This document shows, in pieces, positions 36,643-46,136 of a DNA stretch of 47,909 nucleotides. Both the position numbers and the translations under genes were made by a program. The DNA comes from an uncultured Lentimicrobiaceae bacterium (GTDB taxonomy: Bacteria > Bacteroidota > Bacteroidia > Bacteroidales > F082), in assembly GCA_964627945.1 (NCBI GenBank), contig CAZVKW010000006.1, positions 1-47,909 on the forward strand. Direction: 5' to 3'. Numbering within the stretch: the stretch's first letter is position 1; the number at the start of each line of letters is the position of its first letter. The notes below the pieces were generated by a model. It was not told where the DNA came from. It saw only the letters and a list, made by a program, of their open reading frames with translations, and did no database searches.

Positions 36643-37770
36643 ATGAAATTCATTATTTCCAGTTTGAGCCTATTACGTGGTCTTCAATCACTTAGCGGTG
36701 TATTAAGTTCATCAAACCAACTTGAAATCCTCAATAATTTTCTATTTCGCATAGGTGAGGACGGAATTCAGATCGTAGCATCTGATCTTGAAACAACTAT
36801 GCTTATTCAGGTTAAACCTGATATGGTTGAAGGCAGCGGAGAAGTTGCAATTCCTGCCAGAATACTTCTCGAAACATTGAAAACATTTCCAGATATTCCA
36901 ATTACTCTGGCCATTGATACCAATACTTTTGGAATTGAATTGTTTGGTGGTGAAGGCCGTTATAAACTTGTCGGGTATTCAGGGGAAGAATTCCCTTCGG
37001 TTCCGCTGATTCAGGATGCTTCAGAAATTGAACTTGATCCTGAAATACTGATTCACGCTATTGAAAAGACTGTTTTCGCAGCAGGAAATGATCCGATGCG
37101 TCCGATCATGTCGGGTGTTTTGTGTGAATTGAATGAAAACTATACCACTTTCGTGGCTACAGATGCACATAAATTGGTTCGTTATCGCAGGTTTGATGCT
37201 AAATCAGTTGCCAATGCTTCTTTTGTTCTTCCAAAGAAACCGATTACACATCTAAAAAATATTCTTTCTAGTGACTCTGAGAATAAAGTGAAGATTTCGT
37301 TTAACCAAACAAATGCTTCCTTCTCATTTGATAATATTCTGCTTATCTGCCGATTGATTGAAGGTCGCTATCCGAATTATGAAGCAGTTATCCCTACCAC
37401 CAATCCTAACAAGCTTACAATTGATCGTGTAGCCCTTTTAAATTCCATACGGCGTGCTTCTATTTTCACAAACAAGGCCAATCCGCAGGTCAGATTCCGC
37501 ATCACAGGTCAGGAGTTATTTATTTCTGCCGAAGACCTTGAATATTCAAATGAAGCCCGTGAAAGACTGAATTGTAATTACGAAGGTGATGATATGGAAA
37601 TTGGTTTTAATGCCCGTTTCTTTCAGGAAATGCTGTCAAATGTTCATTTTGAAGAGATTCGTCTGGAAATGTCGGCCCCCAACCGTGCCGGTATCATTAT
37701 GCCTGCAGTAGTTGACAATGCCGATGAAGATTTGCTCATGCTGATCATGCCGGTAATGCTTCAGCAATAG
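36643..37770 (+). CDS. dnaN: DNA polymerase III beta sliding clamp
   Basis: 375 aa. MKFIISS...L start, ATDAHKLV, EGRYPNYEAVIP and C-terminal LIMPVML. Confidence 0.95.
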   Translation: MKFIISSLSLLRGLQSLSGVLSSSNQLEILNNFLFRIGEDGIQIVASDLETTMLIQVKPDMVEGSGEVAIPARILLETLKTFPDIPITLAIDTNTFGIELFGGEGRYKLVGYSGEEFPSVPLIQDASEIELDPEILIHAIEKTVFAAGNDPMRPIMSGVLCELNENYTTFVATDAHKLVRYRRFDAKSVANASFVLPKKPITHLKNILSSDSENKVKISFNQTNASFSFDNILLICRLIEGRYPNYEAVIPTTNPNKLTIDRVALLNSIRRASIFTNKANPQVRFRITGQELFISAEDLEYSNEARERLNCNYEGDDMEIGFNARFFQEMLSNVHFEEIRLEMSAPNRAGIIMPAVVDNADEDLLMLIMPVMLQQ

Positions 37771-37788
37771 TATTATTTATATTATGGG

Positions 37789-37822
37789 AAAATCCTTCGT
37801 GTATGCGGAGGATTTTTTTTTT
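37789..37822 (+). terminator. rho-independent terminator
   Basis: An 11-bp stem (AAAATCCTTCG pairing with CGGAGGATTTT, one G-U pair) is followed by a T run extending to 37822. Confidence 0.85.
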
Positions 37823-37882
37823 CGATTCTTACGAACCAAAAGTTCATTTTGTTTGTTTCATCATTCAATAATATAGAAATTC

Positions 37883-38644
37883 ATGAGACTATCCAAGTTT
37901 TTAACATTGACTGTTTTGGCAGTTGTTTCGGTGTTTCTGATTACTTCCTGCAAAGTGAAGGAATCTGTAAAAACAAATCAAAATACTGAAAATCAGATAA
38001 TTAATGCTGATTTTGGTGGCAATAGTGCCATGCTCAATCTTCGGTTTACAAAGGGGAAATATCATAATCATCCTACTTTGGCTATCTGGATTGAAGAAAC
38101 CGATGGTAAGTTCATCCGGACCCTTTTTGTGACCAGATCTCTGGCAACAGGTTTTTACAATCATGGTGATGCTGGTAATGGAACCTGGTTAACGGTCCCT
38201 GGTGAAGCACAACGGCCAGCAACACTTCCAGTCTGGCTGCATAAACGCGAAAAATTAAAAGCTGACCAGGCTTTATTACCAGACCCACAAAATCCTATCC
38301 CTGATGCTGTTACCGGAGCGACACCTTCTGGAAATTTTGAATTTATTCCAAAAACAGATCTTCCTGAGAAATTCCGGATTTTTGTTGAAGTTAATCAGGC
38401 TTGGGACTGGAATGAGTTCTGGACCAATAATTTATATCCGGGCGATAAGGATTATCATACATCAGCTCAGCCATCTTTGGTATATGCGGTTGAAGTGGAT
38501 ATGAATAGCAAAATGGATGAATATTACCTGAATCCAATTGGTCATGGTCATTACTCAGGAAAAGACGGGAAACTCTATACGAATATTTCTACATTCACCA
38601 CGGCTTTCCGGATTTTCGATTCAATCGTATTAAAAGTTCAATAA
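37883..38644 (+). CDS. DUF2271-like lipoprotein
   Basis: 253 aa with lipobox LITSC. HPTLAIWIEETDGKFIRTLFV ... DAVTGATPSG resembles the DUF2271 core. A TonB-dependent receptor gene follows after 10 nt. Confidence 0.6.
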   Translation: MRLSKFLTLTVLAVVSVFLITSCKVKESVKTNQNTENQIINADFGGNSAMLNLRFTKGKYHNHPTLAIWIEETDGKFIRTLFVTRSLATGFYNHGDAGNGTWLTVPGEAQRPATLPVWLHKREKLKADQALLPDPQNPIPDAVTGATPSGNFEFIPKTDLPEKFRIFVEVNQAWDWNEFWTNNLYPGDKDYHTSAQPSLVYAVEVDMNSKMDEYYLNPIGHGHYSGKDGKLYTNISTFTTAFRIFDSIVLKVQ

Positions 38645-38654
38645 ACAGAATATC

Positions 38655-41039
38655 ATGAAATTATATTCAATACCCCTCTCCATATTTCTTCTTTTTTTTA
38701 GTCTTGCTACATCTGCTCAAAACGCCCAGATTTCGGGTCGCGTATTCGATGCAACCAGCAATGAACCATTACCATTTGCCAATGTAGTTGTAAAAGGGAC
38801 CACTTCAGGCGCAACAACCGATCTGGATGGCCGGTTTATCATTACCGGACTGGCTTCAGGGTTTATTTCTCTTCAAGCTACCTATATAGGGTATCGTAGT
38901 GCTGCTTCACCCGAAATACTCATCAGTAATTCGAAGGTTGAATATCTTGAGATTCCGATGGAGCCTGCAGGTGTGAGTCTGAATGAAATCGAGGTGGTGG
39001 CAAATCCTTTTGCCCGAACAGAAGAAAGTCCGCTTTCCTTGCAAAAATTAGGCGTTTCAGAAATAGAAACGAATCCGGGAAGTAACCGTGACATTTCACG
39101 TGTAATTCAGTCTTTGCCCGGTGTGGGATCTGGTGTTTCATTCAGAAATGATATCATTATCAGAGGTGGAGGACCCAGTGAATCAAGTTTCTATCTCGAT
39201 GGTATTCAGATACCTACAATAAATCATTTTGCAACTCAGGGTTCATCTGGGGGTGCTGTTGGTATTTTGAATGCCGATTTTATCAGTTCGGTTGATTATT
39301 ATTCAGGCGCTTTTCCGGCAAACAGGGGCAATGCCCTGAGCGGGATTTTCGAATTTGCACAGCGCGAAGGAAATAAGGATCGCCTGAAGTTTCGTGGAAG
39401 CGTTGGTGCATCAGAAATAAGTCTTACAGCGGATGGACCTGTTGGCGACAAATCAAGTTTTATCTTTTCAGCCAGGCGCTCTTATTTGCAATTTTTGTTT
39501 GATGTGATAGGATTGCCTTTTCTACCAACATTCAATGATTATCAGTTTAAATGGAAAACCAAATTCGATAAGAAAAATGAGCTGACTGTTGTAAGTATTG
39601 GGGCTCTCGACAAATTTAAACTTAATCTTGGAATCGAGAATCCAACAGAAGAACAGGAGTATATCCTGAATTATCTTCCTGTAAATGAGCAGTGGAGTTA
39701 TGCCTTTGGTGTTGTTTATCGTCATTTTCGTGAGAAAAGCTTTCAAACCCTTGTCGTGAGCCGAAATATGCTGAATAATGTTGCATACAAATACACGAAT
39801 AACGATGAAAATTTGCCGAAAACGCTGGATTATACCTCACATGAAATCGAAAATAAGATTCGTTATGAGCATAATATCCGTTTTGGAAATTATAAATTTG
39901 TATATATGGCCGGAACTGAATATGCCAAGTACTACAATGCTACAAAACAGCAGGTTTTTATTCAAAACAATCTGTCCGAAATCAACTATAGTTCGAATCT
40001 TGATTTGTTTAAATTTAACGCATCGGCACAACTTAGCCGGAATTTTCTGAACGACCGCCTGAATCTGTCGGCTGGAGTGAGAACTGATTTCAATTCATAC
40101 AGCAAATCAATGCAGAATCCGTTTAAGCAATTATCTCCCAGATTTTCTGCAAGTTATGCAATCGATGATCAATGGGCAATTATAGCGAATGTTGGCAGAT
40201 ATTATCAGTTGCCCGGCTATACAACCTTAGGGTTCAGAGATAATTCTGGGATTTTGGTTAACAAATCAAATGACCTCAAATATATTGGCTCAAATCATTA
40301 TATTGCTGGTATTCAATATATTCCACGTGCTGATGTGTTTTTCTCGGTTGAAGGTTTCATGAAACAGTACAATCAGTATCCTTTTTCAGTGAGTGATTCG
40401 ATAAGCCTGGCAAATAAAGGAGCAGATTTTGGTGTTCTCGGTGCTGAGGAAGTTGTTTCAATCAACAAAGGCAGAGCATATGGATTTGAGGTCCTGAACC
40501 GAACAAAACTTCCTTCAGGTTTCAATTTAATTGCTACCTACACTTTTGTACGCAGTGAGTTTGAAGATAGAAACAGTAATTTGATTCCATCAAGCTGGGA
40601 TTTCAGAAATATCCTTGTTTTAACGGCAACAAAGAGCTTTAAAAAGAACTGGATTGTAGGTGTAAAATGGAGGTTTGATGGTGGTTTACCTTATACCCCT
40701 TATGATCTTGAGAAGTCGGCACTGGTGGATGCCTGGGATGCACAGGGAAGGGCATATCTTGACTTTTCACAATTAAATAGTCTGAGATTGGATCCATATC
40801 ATCAATTAGACCTGCGTGTCGACAAAAAGTATTTCTTTGATCGCTGGTCTTTTATGGTATATCTCGATATCCAGAATCTGTATAATTCTGTTGCAACATT
40901 CCAGGATGAGTTTATTCAGGAAAAAGATGCAAATGGATATCCTATTACGACAGATAATGGAACGAAATATCAGCTGAAAGCGATTCCAAGTACATCAGGT
41001 GTAGTATTGCCAACTATTGGAATTATGGTTGAGTTTTAG
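38655..41039 (+). CDS. TonB-dependent receptor with N-terminal carboxypeptidase-regulatory-like domain
   Basis: 794 aa. Signal peptide, then ISGRVFDATSNEPLPFANVVVKGT..TDLDGRF, then a plug region (NRDISRVIQSLPGV, IIIRGG), ending in a terminal F (...GIMVEF). Confidence 0.88.
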   Translation: MKLYSIPLSIFLLFFSLATSAQNAQISGRVFDATSNEPLPFANVVVKGTTSGATTDLDGRFIITGLASGFISLQATYIGYRSAASPEILISNSKVEYLEIPMEPAGVSLNEIEVVANPFARTEESPLSLQKLGVSEIETNPGSNRDISRVIQSLPGVGSGVSFRNDIIIRGGGPSESSFYLDGIQIPTINHFATQGSSGGAVGILNADFISSVDYYSGAFPANRGNALSGIFEFAQREGNKDRLKFRGSVGASEISLTADGPVGDKSSFIFSARRSYLQFLFDVIGLPFLPTFNDYQFKWKTKFDKKNELTVVSIGALDKFKLNLGIENPTEEQEYILNYLPVNEQWSYAFGVVYRHFREKSFQTLVVSRNMLNNVAYKYTNNDENLPKTLDYTSHEIENKIRYEHNIRFGNYKFVYMAGTEYAKYYNATKQQVFIQNNLSEINYSSNLDLFKFNASAQLSRNFLNDRLNLSAGVRTDFNSYSKSMQNPFKQLSPRFSASYAIDDQWAIIANVGRYYQLPGYTTLGFRDNSGILVNKSNDLKYIGSNHYIAGIQYIPRADVFFSVEGFMKQYNQYPFSVSDSISLANKGADFGVLGAEEVVSINKGRAYGFEVLNRTKLPSGFNLIATYTFVRSEFEDRNSNLIPSSWDFRNILVLTATKSFKKNWIVGVKWRFDGGLPYTPYDLEKSALVDAWDAQGRAYLDFSQLNSLRLDPYHQLDLRVDKKYFFDRWSFMVYLDIQNLYNSVATFQDEFIQEKDANGYPITTDNGTKYQLKAIPSTSGVVLPTIGIMVEF

Positions 41040-41043
41040 GTAT

Positions 41044-41805
41044 CTATCTGAAAATGAATCCTAAACGAAGCGAAATTCTGTTGTGATGAGCATAGAATCT
41101 CGAATAATAGTTTGTGCCATACCAATAATCCCAACTTGTATTTTCATAGGAAAGCTTTTGATAATGATATCCGATTGAACACAAAAATGAGCTATAATTA
41201 TTGAGATGAATCCGTATTCCGATTTCGGGATTTACCGCAATTCCTCCGAAATTCTTTCCATCGGAATTATAGCTATCATCGTTAGTTCTGTCAAGAGGAA
41301 AGCTATAACCTGCTTTTAATGAGATAAATGGACTGAAGTCACGTTTGTTGAAATAATAATATCCCTGAGCAAAAACAGGGAGAATTGCGAAATCAAAAAA
41401 CTCGAATCCAATTCCTAAACCGGCTGAAATATGTGGGTTGAACTGATAAGCATTGACCATTGTTAAGGATGGAAAAGGAAGATATCCATTATCACCTTCA
41501 CCAAAAGAGAGTCCAACAGCCGTATGATTGAAATACCCCTTGTCTTTTTGATTTAATGCTGTCATTTTCTGAAATGCACTCATGTTATCAATTTCATCCA
41601 TCTGCAAAAGGAAACTGCCGCAATCATTGTTGATTCTGACTCCTTTTACTGAATCCAACTGCACAATTGACCCATATAAAATCGTTCCGTTTTTCAGATA
41701 TACGACATCTTGTTTGTCTTTTTGTGCGAATATAAATGAGGTTGGTGTAAATATCAGTAAAGTAAAGAATACCAATGATATATGAAGAAAGATCTTGGTT
41801 TTCAT
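41044..41805 (-). CDS. secreted protein, probable small outer-membrane beta-barrel
   Basis: 253 aa with a signal peptide. The C-terminal ~170 aa are rich in Gly and aromatic residues with an alternating pattern and end ...SLRLGFIFR. It lies 4 nt downstream of the LVIVD gene. Confidence 0.5.
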   Translation of the reverse strand: MKTKIFLHISLVFFTLLIFTPTSFIFAQKDKQDVVYLKNGTILYGSIVQLDSVKGVRINNDCGSFLLQMDEIDNMSAFQKMTALNQKDKGYFNHTAVGLSFGEGDNGYLPFPSLTMVNAYQFNPHISAGLGIGFEFFDFAILPVFAQGYYYFNKRDFSPFISLKAGYSFPLDRTNDDSYNSDGKNFGGIAVNPEIGIRIHLNNYSSFLCSIGYHYQKLSYENTSWDYWYGTNYYSRFYAHHNRISLRLGFIFR

Positions 41806-41809
41806 GGAA

Positions 41810-43102
41810 TTATGGCTGTGCGATTGGGATATAACTGATCAAACTCAGACTATCAAGATTCGAATAATCATATTGGTACAGGCCCTGAGAACCAATCATC
41901 ATGAGTAAGCCATTGTACGGAATTACATCAAAAGTCTTAATATCAGCAAAATGCGCTATCTGATTCAGATGAATAGACATAGGATCACTTGCATTATAAA
42001 CTTTTAGTCCGGCATCACCATCGCAGATAAACAGGATTTGATCATCAATTCCTAATCCGAAAGGATTATACATGGGATATGATTTAACCAGAAAGGGATT
42101 CTCGAGCGATGAAATATCCACAACATCCAATTGATTCGTGAATCCATTGCAATTCGTTCCGGAACGCAGGGTTACATATGCATAGTTGCCTTCGATAACT
42201 ACCGGATCACAGGAATTGATATGATTAAACGAACTCAGAAAGCTTGGAACTGCCGGATCGGAAAGATCATACACAGCCATACCCGTGGTTGTTCCAAGGA
42301 AAAGTTTGTTGTCATGGGGGAAAATAGTTTCTGCCATTCTTTCAGTGAAAATTTCCTGACCAGTTGCCATTCCAGGTATCGTGCTGATATTGAATACTTT
42401 CAAACTTGAATTCTGAACGGCATACAAATAATTATCATTTACCGTGAAACGTGCCATCGAACCAGATGTACCACTTGAAGAAACCGGACTAATACTAACT
42501 TCAGCATTGCCTATCGTTGGTTTTCCAAGTCCGTCATACATCAAAACATCTTTATTCCAGTTACTTCCAACTTCAACCATTTCTGAAATTTCCTTTGTTT
42601 CCCAGCCTGTCACAACTCCTTTCGTGAAATCGAGGCCATAAACGGGATAGGTGTAATCAAATACAGGCAATACATTCGGGAAAGCATTTTCGAGACGGTC
42701 AATTTCAACAGGATTAACAGGATCGCTGATGTCAATCGCTACAAGATCGATGAAACTGTCGGCAAACAAAGTGTTATCCTTGATAGAAAGATCGAGGTTG
42801 CCTGGAATCGAAATAAAGGCAATATTTACCGGATTGGCAGGATTTTGATTATCGATGACATGTATTCCTTGATTTATCTCATTGATATACAGAATATTGT
42901 CTTTAAAATATATCTTTCCGGGATTAGAAAGTGTCCGTCCATCAGTTTTAAGAACACTACTTCTGAAAGTGTCGTAATTCATATAAACCGGCACATTGGC
43001 TGTATAAGTTACTTTTTCATACACACGATCAGTGCATGAATTGATTATGATTAAAACCATGAACCAAAAAAGGATGGTTAATGCTTTACTATTCGTTTTC
43101 AT
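41810..43102 (-). CDS. LVIVD-repeat (beta-propeller) lipoprotein
   Basis: 430 aa with lipobox IINSC. LVIVD-type repeats recur: DLVAIDISDPVNP, LKVFNIS, MAVYDLSDPAVP, LDVVDISSLENP, LKVYNASDPMS. Confidence 0.75.
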   Translation of the reverse strand: MKTNSKALTILFWFMVLIIINSCTDRVYEKVTYTANVPVYMNYDTFRSSVLKTDGRTLSNPGKIYFKDNILYINEINQGIHVIDNQNPANPVNIAFISIPGNLDLSIKDNTLFADSFIDLVAIDISDPVNPVEIDRLENAFPNVLPVFDYTYPVYGLDFTKGVVTGWETKEISEMVEVGSNWNKDVLMYDGLGKPTIGNAEVSISPVSSSGTSGSMARFTVNDNYLYAVQNSSLKVFNISTIPGMATGQEIFTERMAETIFPHDNKLFLGTTTGMAVYDLSDPAVPSFLSSFNHINSCDPVVIEGNYAYVTLRSGTNCNGFTNQLDVVDISSLENPFLVKSYPMYNPFGLGIDDQILFICDGDAGLKVYNASDPMSIHLNQIAHFADIKTFDVIPYNGLLMMIGSQGLYQYDYSNLDSLSLISYIPIAQP

Positions 43103-43148
43103 CTTTATAGGTTTTGAGGTGTAAAATTACGTCGAAAACTACTAGAAA

Positions 43149-43162
43149 TCAATAATTATTGA
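43149..43162. promoter_or_regulatory. perfect 14-bp palindrome TCAATAATTATTGA, candidate operator
   Basis: It lies in the 170-nt divergent intergenic region. GAAATCAA occurs at 43145-43152 and 43161-43168, and its inverse TTGATTTC occurs at 43191-43198. Confidence 0.3.
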
Positions 43163-43272
43163 AATCAAAAGATGTAATTATTCAACATACTTGATTTCAG
43201 TATCCGGATATTGTATATTTATGATGAGAAATGATTAATTCGTTCAATATTCATACTTAAAACATCGAAAAA

Positions 43273-43677
43273 ATGGGAAAAAAGGAAATTTCATTGCATG
43301 TAAAATGCCCACTTTGTGGTAAATCACTTATGGATGATGGGTTTTTATTAAGTGACAAAGCGAGTGTAAAAGTGAATATTCAATCTGAATCAGACAGGGG
43401 TGTCCTGCATCTTTGTTCAATTTATGGTTGTACCTTGAAACATATGGGCATCGAGGTGAAAGATGGAGAAATTGTGGAAATGTTTTGCCCACATTGTAAT
43501 AAGGAACTTACTGTAAGTGAAGAATGTACAGAATGTGGAGCTCCAATGGTTTCGTTTGTAATCAGGGCAGGTGGTGTTGTAAGAATCTGTTCGAGAAATG
43601 GATGTACAAGTCATCACATTATGTTTCGCGATGTTGCTGATGAAATGTCGAAATTTTATTATGAATACGGATTTTGA
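43273..43677 (+). CDS. cysteine-rich protein with two tandem four-Cys (zinc-ribbon-like) modules
   Basis: 134 aa with 10 Cys. Module 1 is CPLC(12-15)...LCSIYGCTLKH(47-57). Module 2 is CPHC(72-75)...ICSRNGCTSHH(105-115), with an extra CTEC(85-88). No family recognised. Confidence 0.6.
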   Translation: MGKKEISLHVKCPLCGKSLMDDGFLLSDKASVKVNIQSESDRGVLHLCSIYGCTLKHMGIEVKDGEIVEMFCPHCNKELTVSEECTECGAPMVSFVIRAGGVVRICSRNGCTSHHIMFRDVADEMSKFYYEYGF

Positions 43678-43703
43678 TAATGTGAACCATAGAGACATCT
43701 GAA

Positions 43704-44723
43704 TTAACAAATTCTCGGTAACTGCTCACCAGCAGGCATATCCACGATTCGCTTTCCTCCGCTGATGGTATATAACCAGGTCTTTCCATTGTGCTCAGAG
43801 GTGATTTCTCCGATTATTGCAGCGCTCTTACCCAATGGATGATTCTGAAGTTTCTGAAGAATCAAGTCTGCAGCATTTTTATCGACAACCATTACTACTT
43901 TTCCTTCGTTTGCTACATATAGAGGATCAAATCCCAGTAATTCACACATTCCACGCACACATTCCTGAACAGGAACAGTTTCTTCATAAATATTGATACC
44001 GTAGGTCTTATCCTCGCACAGTTCGGAAAGAACCGTCCCCAAACCGCCACGGGTTGCGTCGCGCATAAATCTGATCGCATTTTTGATTTCAAGCGCATCT
44101 GAAATCAGGCCATTCAGACATGCACAATCCGAATCTACCGGACTTTGTATCAGGAGTTGATTCCGGGCACTCATGACTGCCATTCCATGGTCACCAATGG
44201 TTCCGTTAATGAGGATTTTATCGCCGGGTTTTATGTTTTTTCCGCTTGTAATATCTTCATTATCAGGATGGAAGTGGCCTATTCCACTTGTATTGATGAA
44301 GATTTTATCAGCTTTTCCTCTTTCGACCACTTTGGTGTCACCTGTAACAATCTTTATCCCTGCTTTATTCGCTTCTTGCGCCATCGTTCGAACGATTTCC
44401 TCAAGTTGCGAAAGAGGAAATCCTTCTTCAAGAATGAATCCGACACTAAGGTATTCCGGTACAGCTCCCGAAACCGCAAGATCATTTACCGTTCCGGCAA
44501 CTGCCAGGTTTCCAATGTTTCCTCCCGGAAAGAAGATCGGATCAACTACAAATGAATCGGTCGTAAACGCGAGTTTTTCAGAATGCGAAGGTAAAACTGC
44601 AGCATCTCCCTGAGGAAGTAAAAGATCATTCTGGAAATACTTGATAAACAGATCTTTGATCAGGTCGTGCGACAATCTTCCGCCGCTTCCATGACCCAAG
44701 AGTATATTTTCATTGGCTTTCAT
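43704..44723 (-). CDS. hypE: [NiFe]-hydrogenase maturation protein HypE
   Basis: 339 aa. AIR-synthase-like fold with LLGHGSGG near the N-terminus and the canonical C-terminal PRIC. Confidence 0.95.
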   Translation of the reverse strand: MKANENILLGHGSGGRLSHDLIKDLFIKYFQNDLLLPQGDAAVLPSHSEKLAFTTDSFVVDPIFFPGGNIGNLAVAGTVNDLAVSGAVPEYLSVGFILEEGFPLSQLEEIVRTMAQEANKAGIKIVTGDTKVVERGKADKIFINTSGIGHFHPDNEDITSGKNIKPGDKILINGTIGDHGMAVMSARNQLLIQSPVDSDCACLNGLISDALEIKNAIRFMRDATRGGLGTVLSELCEDKTYGINIYEETVPVQECVRGMCELLGFDPLYVANEGKVVMVVDKNAADLILQKLQNHPLGKSAAIIGEITSEHNGKTWLYTISGGKRIVDMPAGEQLPRIC

Positions 44724-45805
44724 CAGACTCTGTTATATTTATAATGTGCCGCACAGGCGCCTTCGTTCGATACCATACATGCGCCAACCGGATCAGAGGG
44801 TGTGCAGGCTTTCCCGAATAATTTACACTCCGTTGGTTTTGCCAGACCTTTCAGGATTGGGCCGCAAATACATCCTTTGTCTTCTTTTGTCGGCTCAGGC
44901 AAGACATCAAATATTTTTTCGGCATCAAAAGAGGCGTATTTTTCCCTGATTCCCATACCGCTGTCGGTTAAAATTCCCAATCCGCGCCACCAATCCGGAC
45001 GAAGTTCAAAAACTTCCTCCAGAATCTCCTTTGCTTTCAGATTTCCTTCAGGTTTTACTGCACGTGAATATTGAATTTCGACAGATGGTTTTTTTGTTTC
45101 ATATTGATTGACAAGCATATATACAGTCTGCATCAGATCGAGTGGTTCAAACCCGCTGATTACAACTCCAAGTCCGTACTTAGCCGGAATGAAGTCGAAA
45201 ATATGACTTCCTGTGATCGTACTAACGTGTCCAGGACCAATATATCCCTGAATATCAACACCTTCATCAATCAAAGCAGCCATTGGTGGAGGCATGATTT
45301 TATGTGCACTCAGGACAGAAAAGTTGAATAATCCTGCCATTTCGGCTTTGATAATTCCGGCTGCAGAACCTGGTGCTGTTGTTTCGAAGCCTATCCCAAG
45401 AAAGACAACTTTTTTTGAGCGGTTTTGCTTGGCAATTGTCAATGCATCAAGCACGGAATACACAATCCGGATGTCAGCACCTGAAGCTTTTGCTTTATCT
45501 AATGTGGTACTCGATCCGGGAACGCGAATAAGATCGCCATAAGTTGTGATAATTACATCTGATATCTTGCTGATTGCAATAGCCTTATCAATAAAAGAAC
45601 GACTTGTAACACAGACCGGACAACCGGGTCCTGAAACTAATTCGACTGTTTCAGGAAGCAGATCAGGCAGACCAAATCGATGAATGGCCATAGTATGCCC
45701 ACCACAGACTTCCATCAAACGGATTTTAGATTTTGAAATTCGTTTGATCTGATTCGAAAGTGCTAAAATCTTGTCTTTATCACGGTATTCATCGATATAT
45801 TTCAT
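44723..45805 (-). CDS. hypD: [NiFe]-hydrogenase maturation protein HypD
   Basis: 360 aa. MEVCGGHT, GPGCPVCV and the C-terminal Cys-rich region are present. Its stop codon overlaps the hypE start by 1 nt (TGATG). Confidence 0.95.
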   Translation of the reverse strand: MKYIDEYRDKDKILALSNQIKRISKSKIRLMEVCGGHTMAIHRFGLPDLLPETVELVSGPGCPVCVTSRSFIDKAIAISKISDVIITTYGDLIRVPGSSTTLDKAKASGADIRIVYSVLDALTIAKQNRSKKVVFLGIGFETTAPGSAAGIIKAEMAGLFNFSVLSAHKIMPPPMAALIDEGVDIQGYIGPGHVSTITGSHIFDFIPAKYGLGVVISGFEPLDLMQTVYMLVNQYETKKPSVEIQYSRAVKPEGNLKAKEILEEVFELRPDWWRGLGILTDSGMGIREKYASFDAEKIFDVLPEPTKEDKGCICGPILKGLAKPTECKLFGKACTPSDPVGACMVSNEGACAAHYKYNRV

Positions 45806-45815
45806 AAACAGATTC

Positions 45816-46085
45816 TTACACTATTCTGATGCCTTTAATTCTTTCTTCCTCATCCAGCAATTCATTGAATTCACCGTATTCCTCAAAAAGTTTCAGCGTT
45901 TCTTCAGCCTCTTCCTGACTAATCTTCTGAATAGCGAAGCCGGTGTGAAGGAGCACATAATCACCAATTTGAAGATCAGGATAATCAAGCATTAACAGAC
46001 TGGCCTGATAGGTTGCTCCTCCAACGGAACATACCGCCATTTCACCATCAATAGACTCAATTCTGGCTGGAACGCTTAAGCACAT
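45816..46085 (-). CDS. hypC: HypC/HybG/HupF-family hydrogenase assembly chaperone
   Basis: 89 aa. Canonical N-terminus MCLSVPARI with the essential Cys2. Confidence 0.92.
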   Translation of the reverse strand: MCLSVPARIESIDGEMAVCSVGGATYQASLLMLDYPDLQIGDYVLLHTGFAIQKISQEEAEETLKLFEEYGEFNELLDEEERIKGIRIV

Positions 46086-46136
46086 AACAATTTATATTTC
46101 TTGAAGACAAAGGTAAGGATTTAGTCGGGAACACCT

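Noticed and set aside
44145-44613. Two long plus-strand ORFs (136 and 146 aa) opposite hypE. Similar antisense ORFs lie opposite cdaA (25680-26027), gdhA (13355-13666), hypD (44802-45542) and the giant gene (34745-35285).
   Set aside because: Each lies entirely inside a confidently identified gene on the other strand. Their products are low-complexity or odd in composition with no recognisable motifs. They are typical shadow ORFs.
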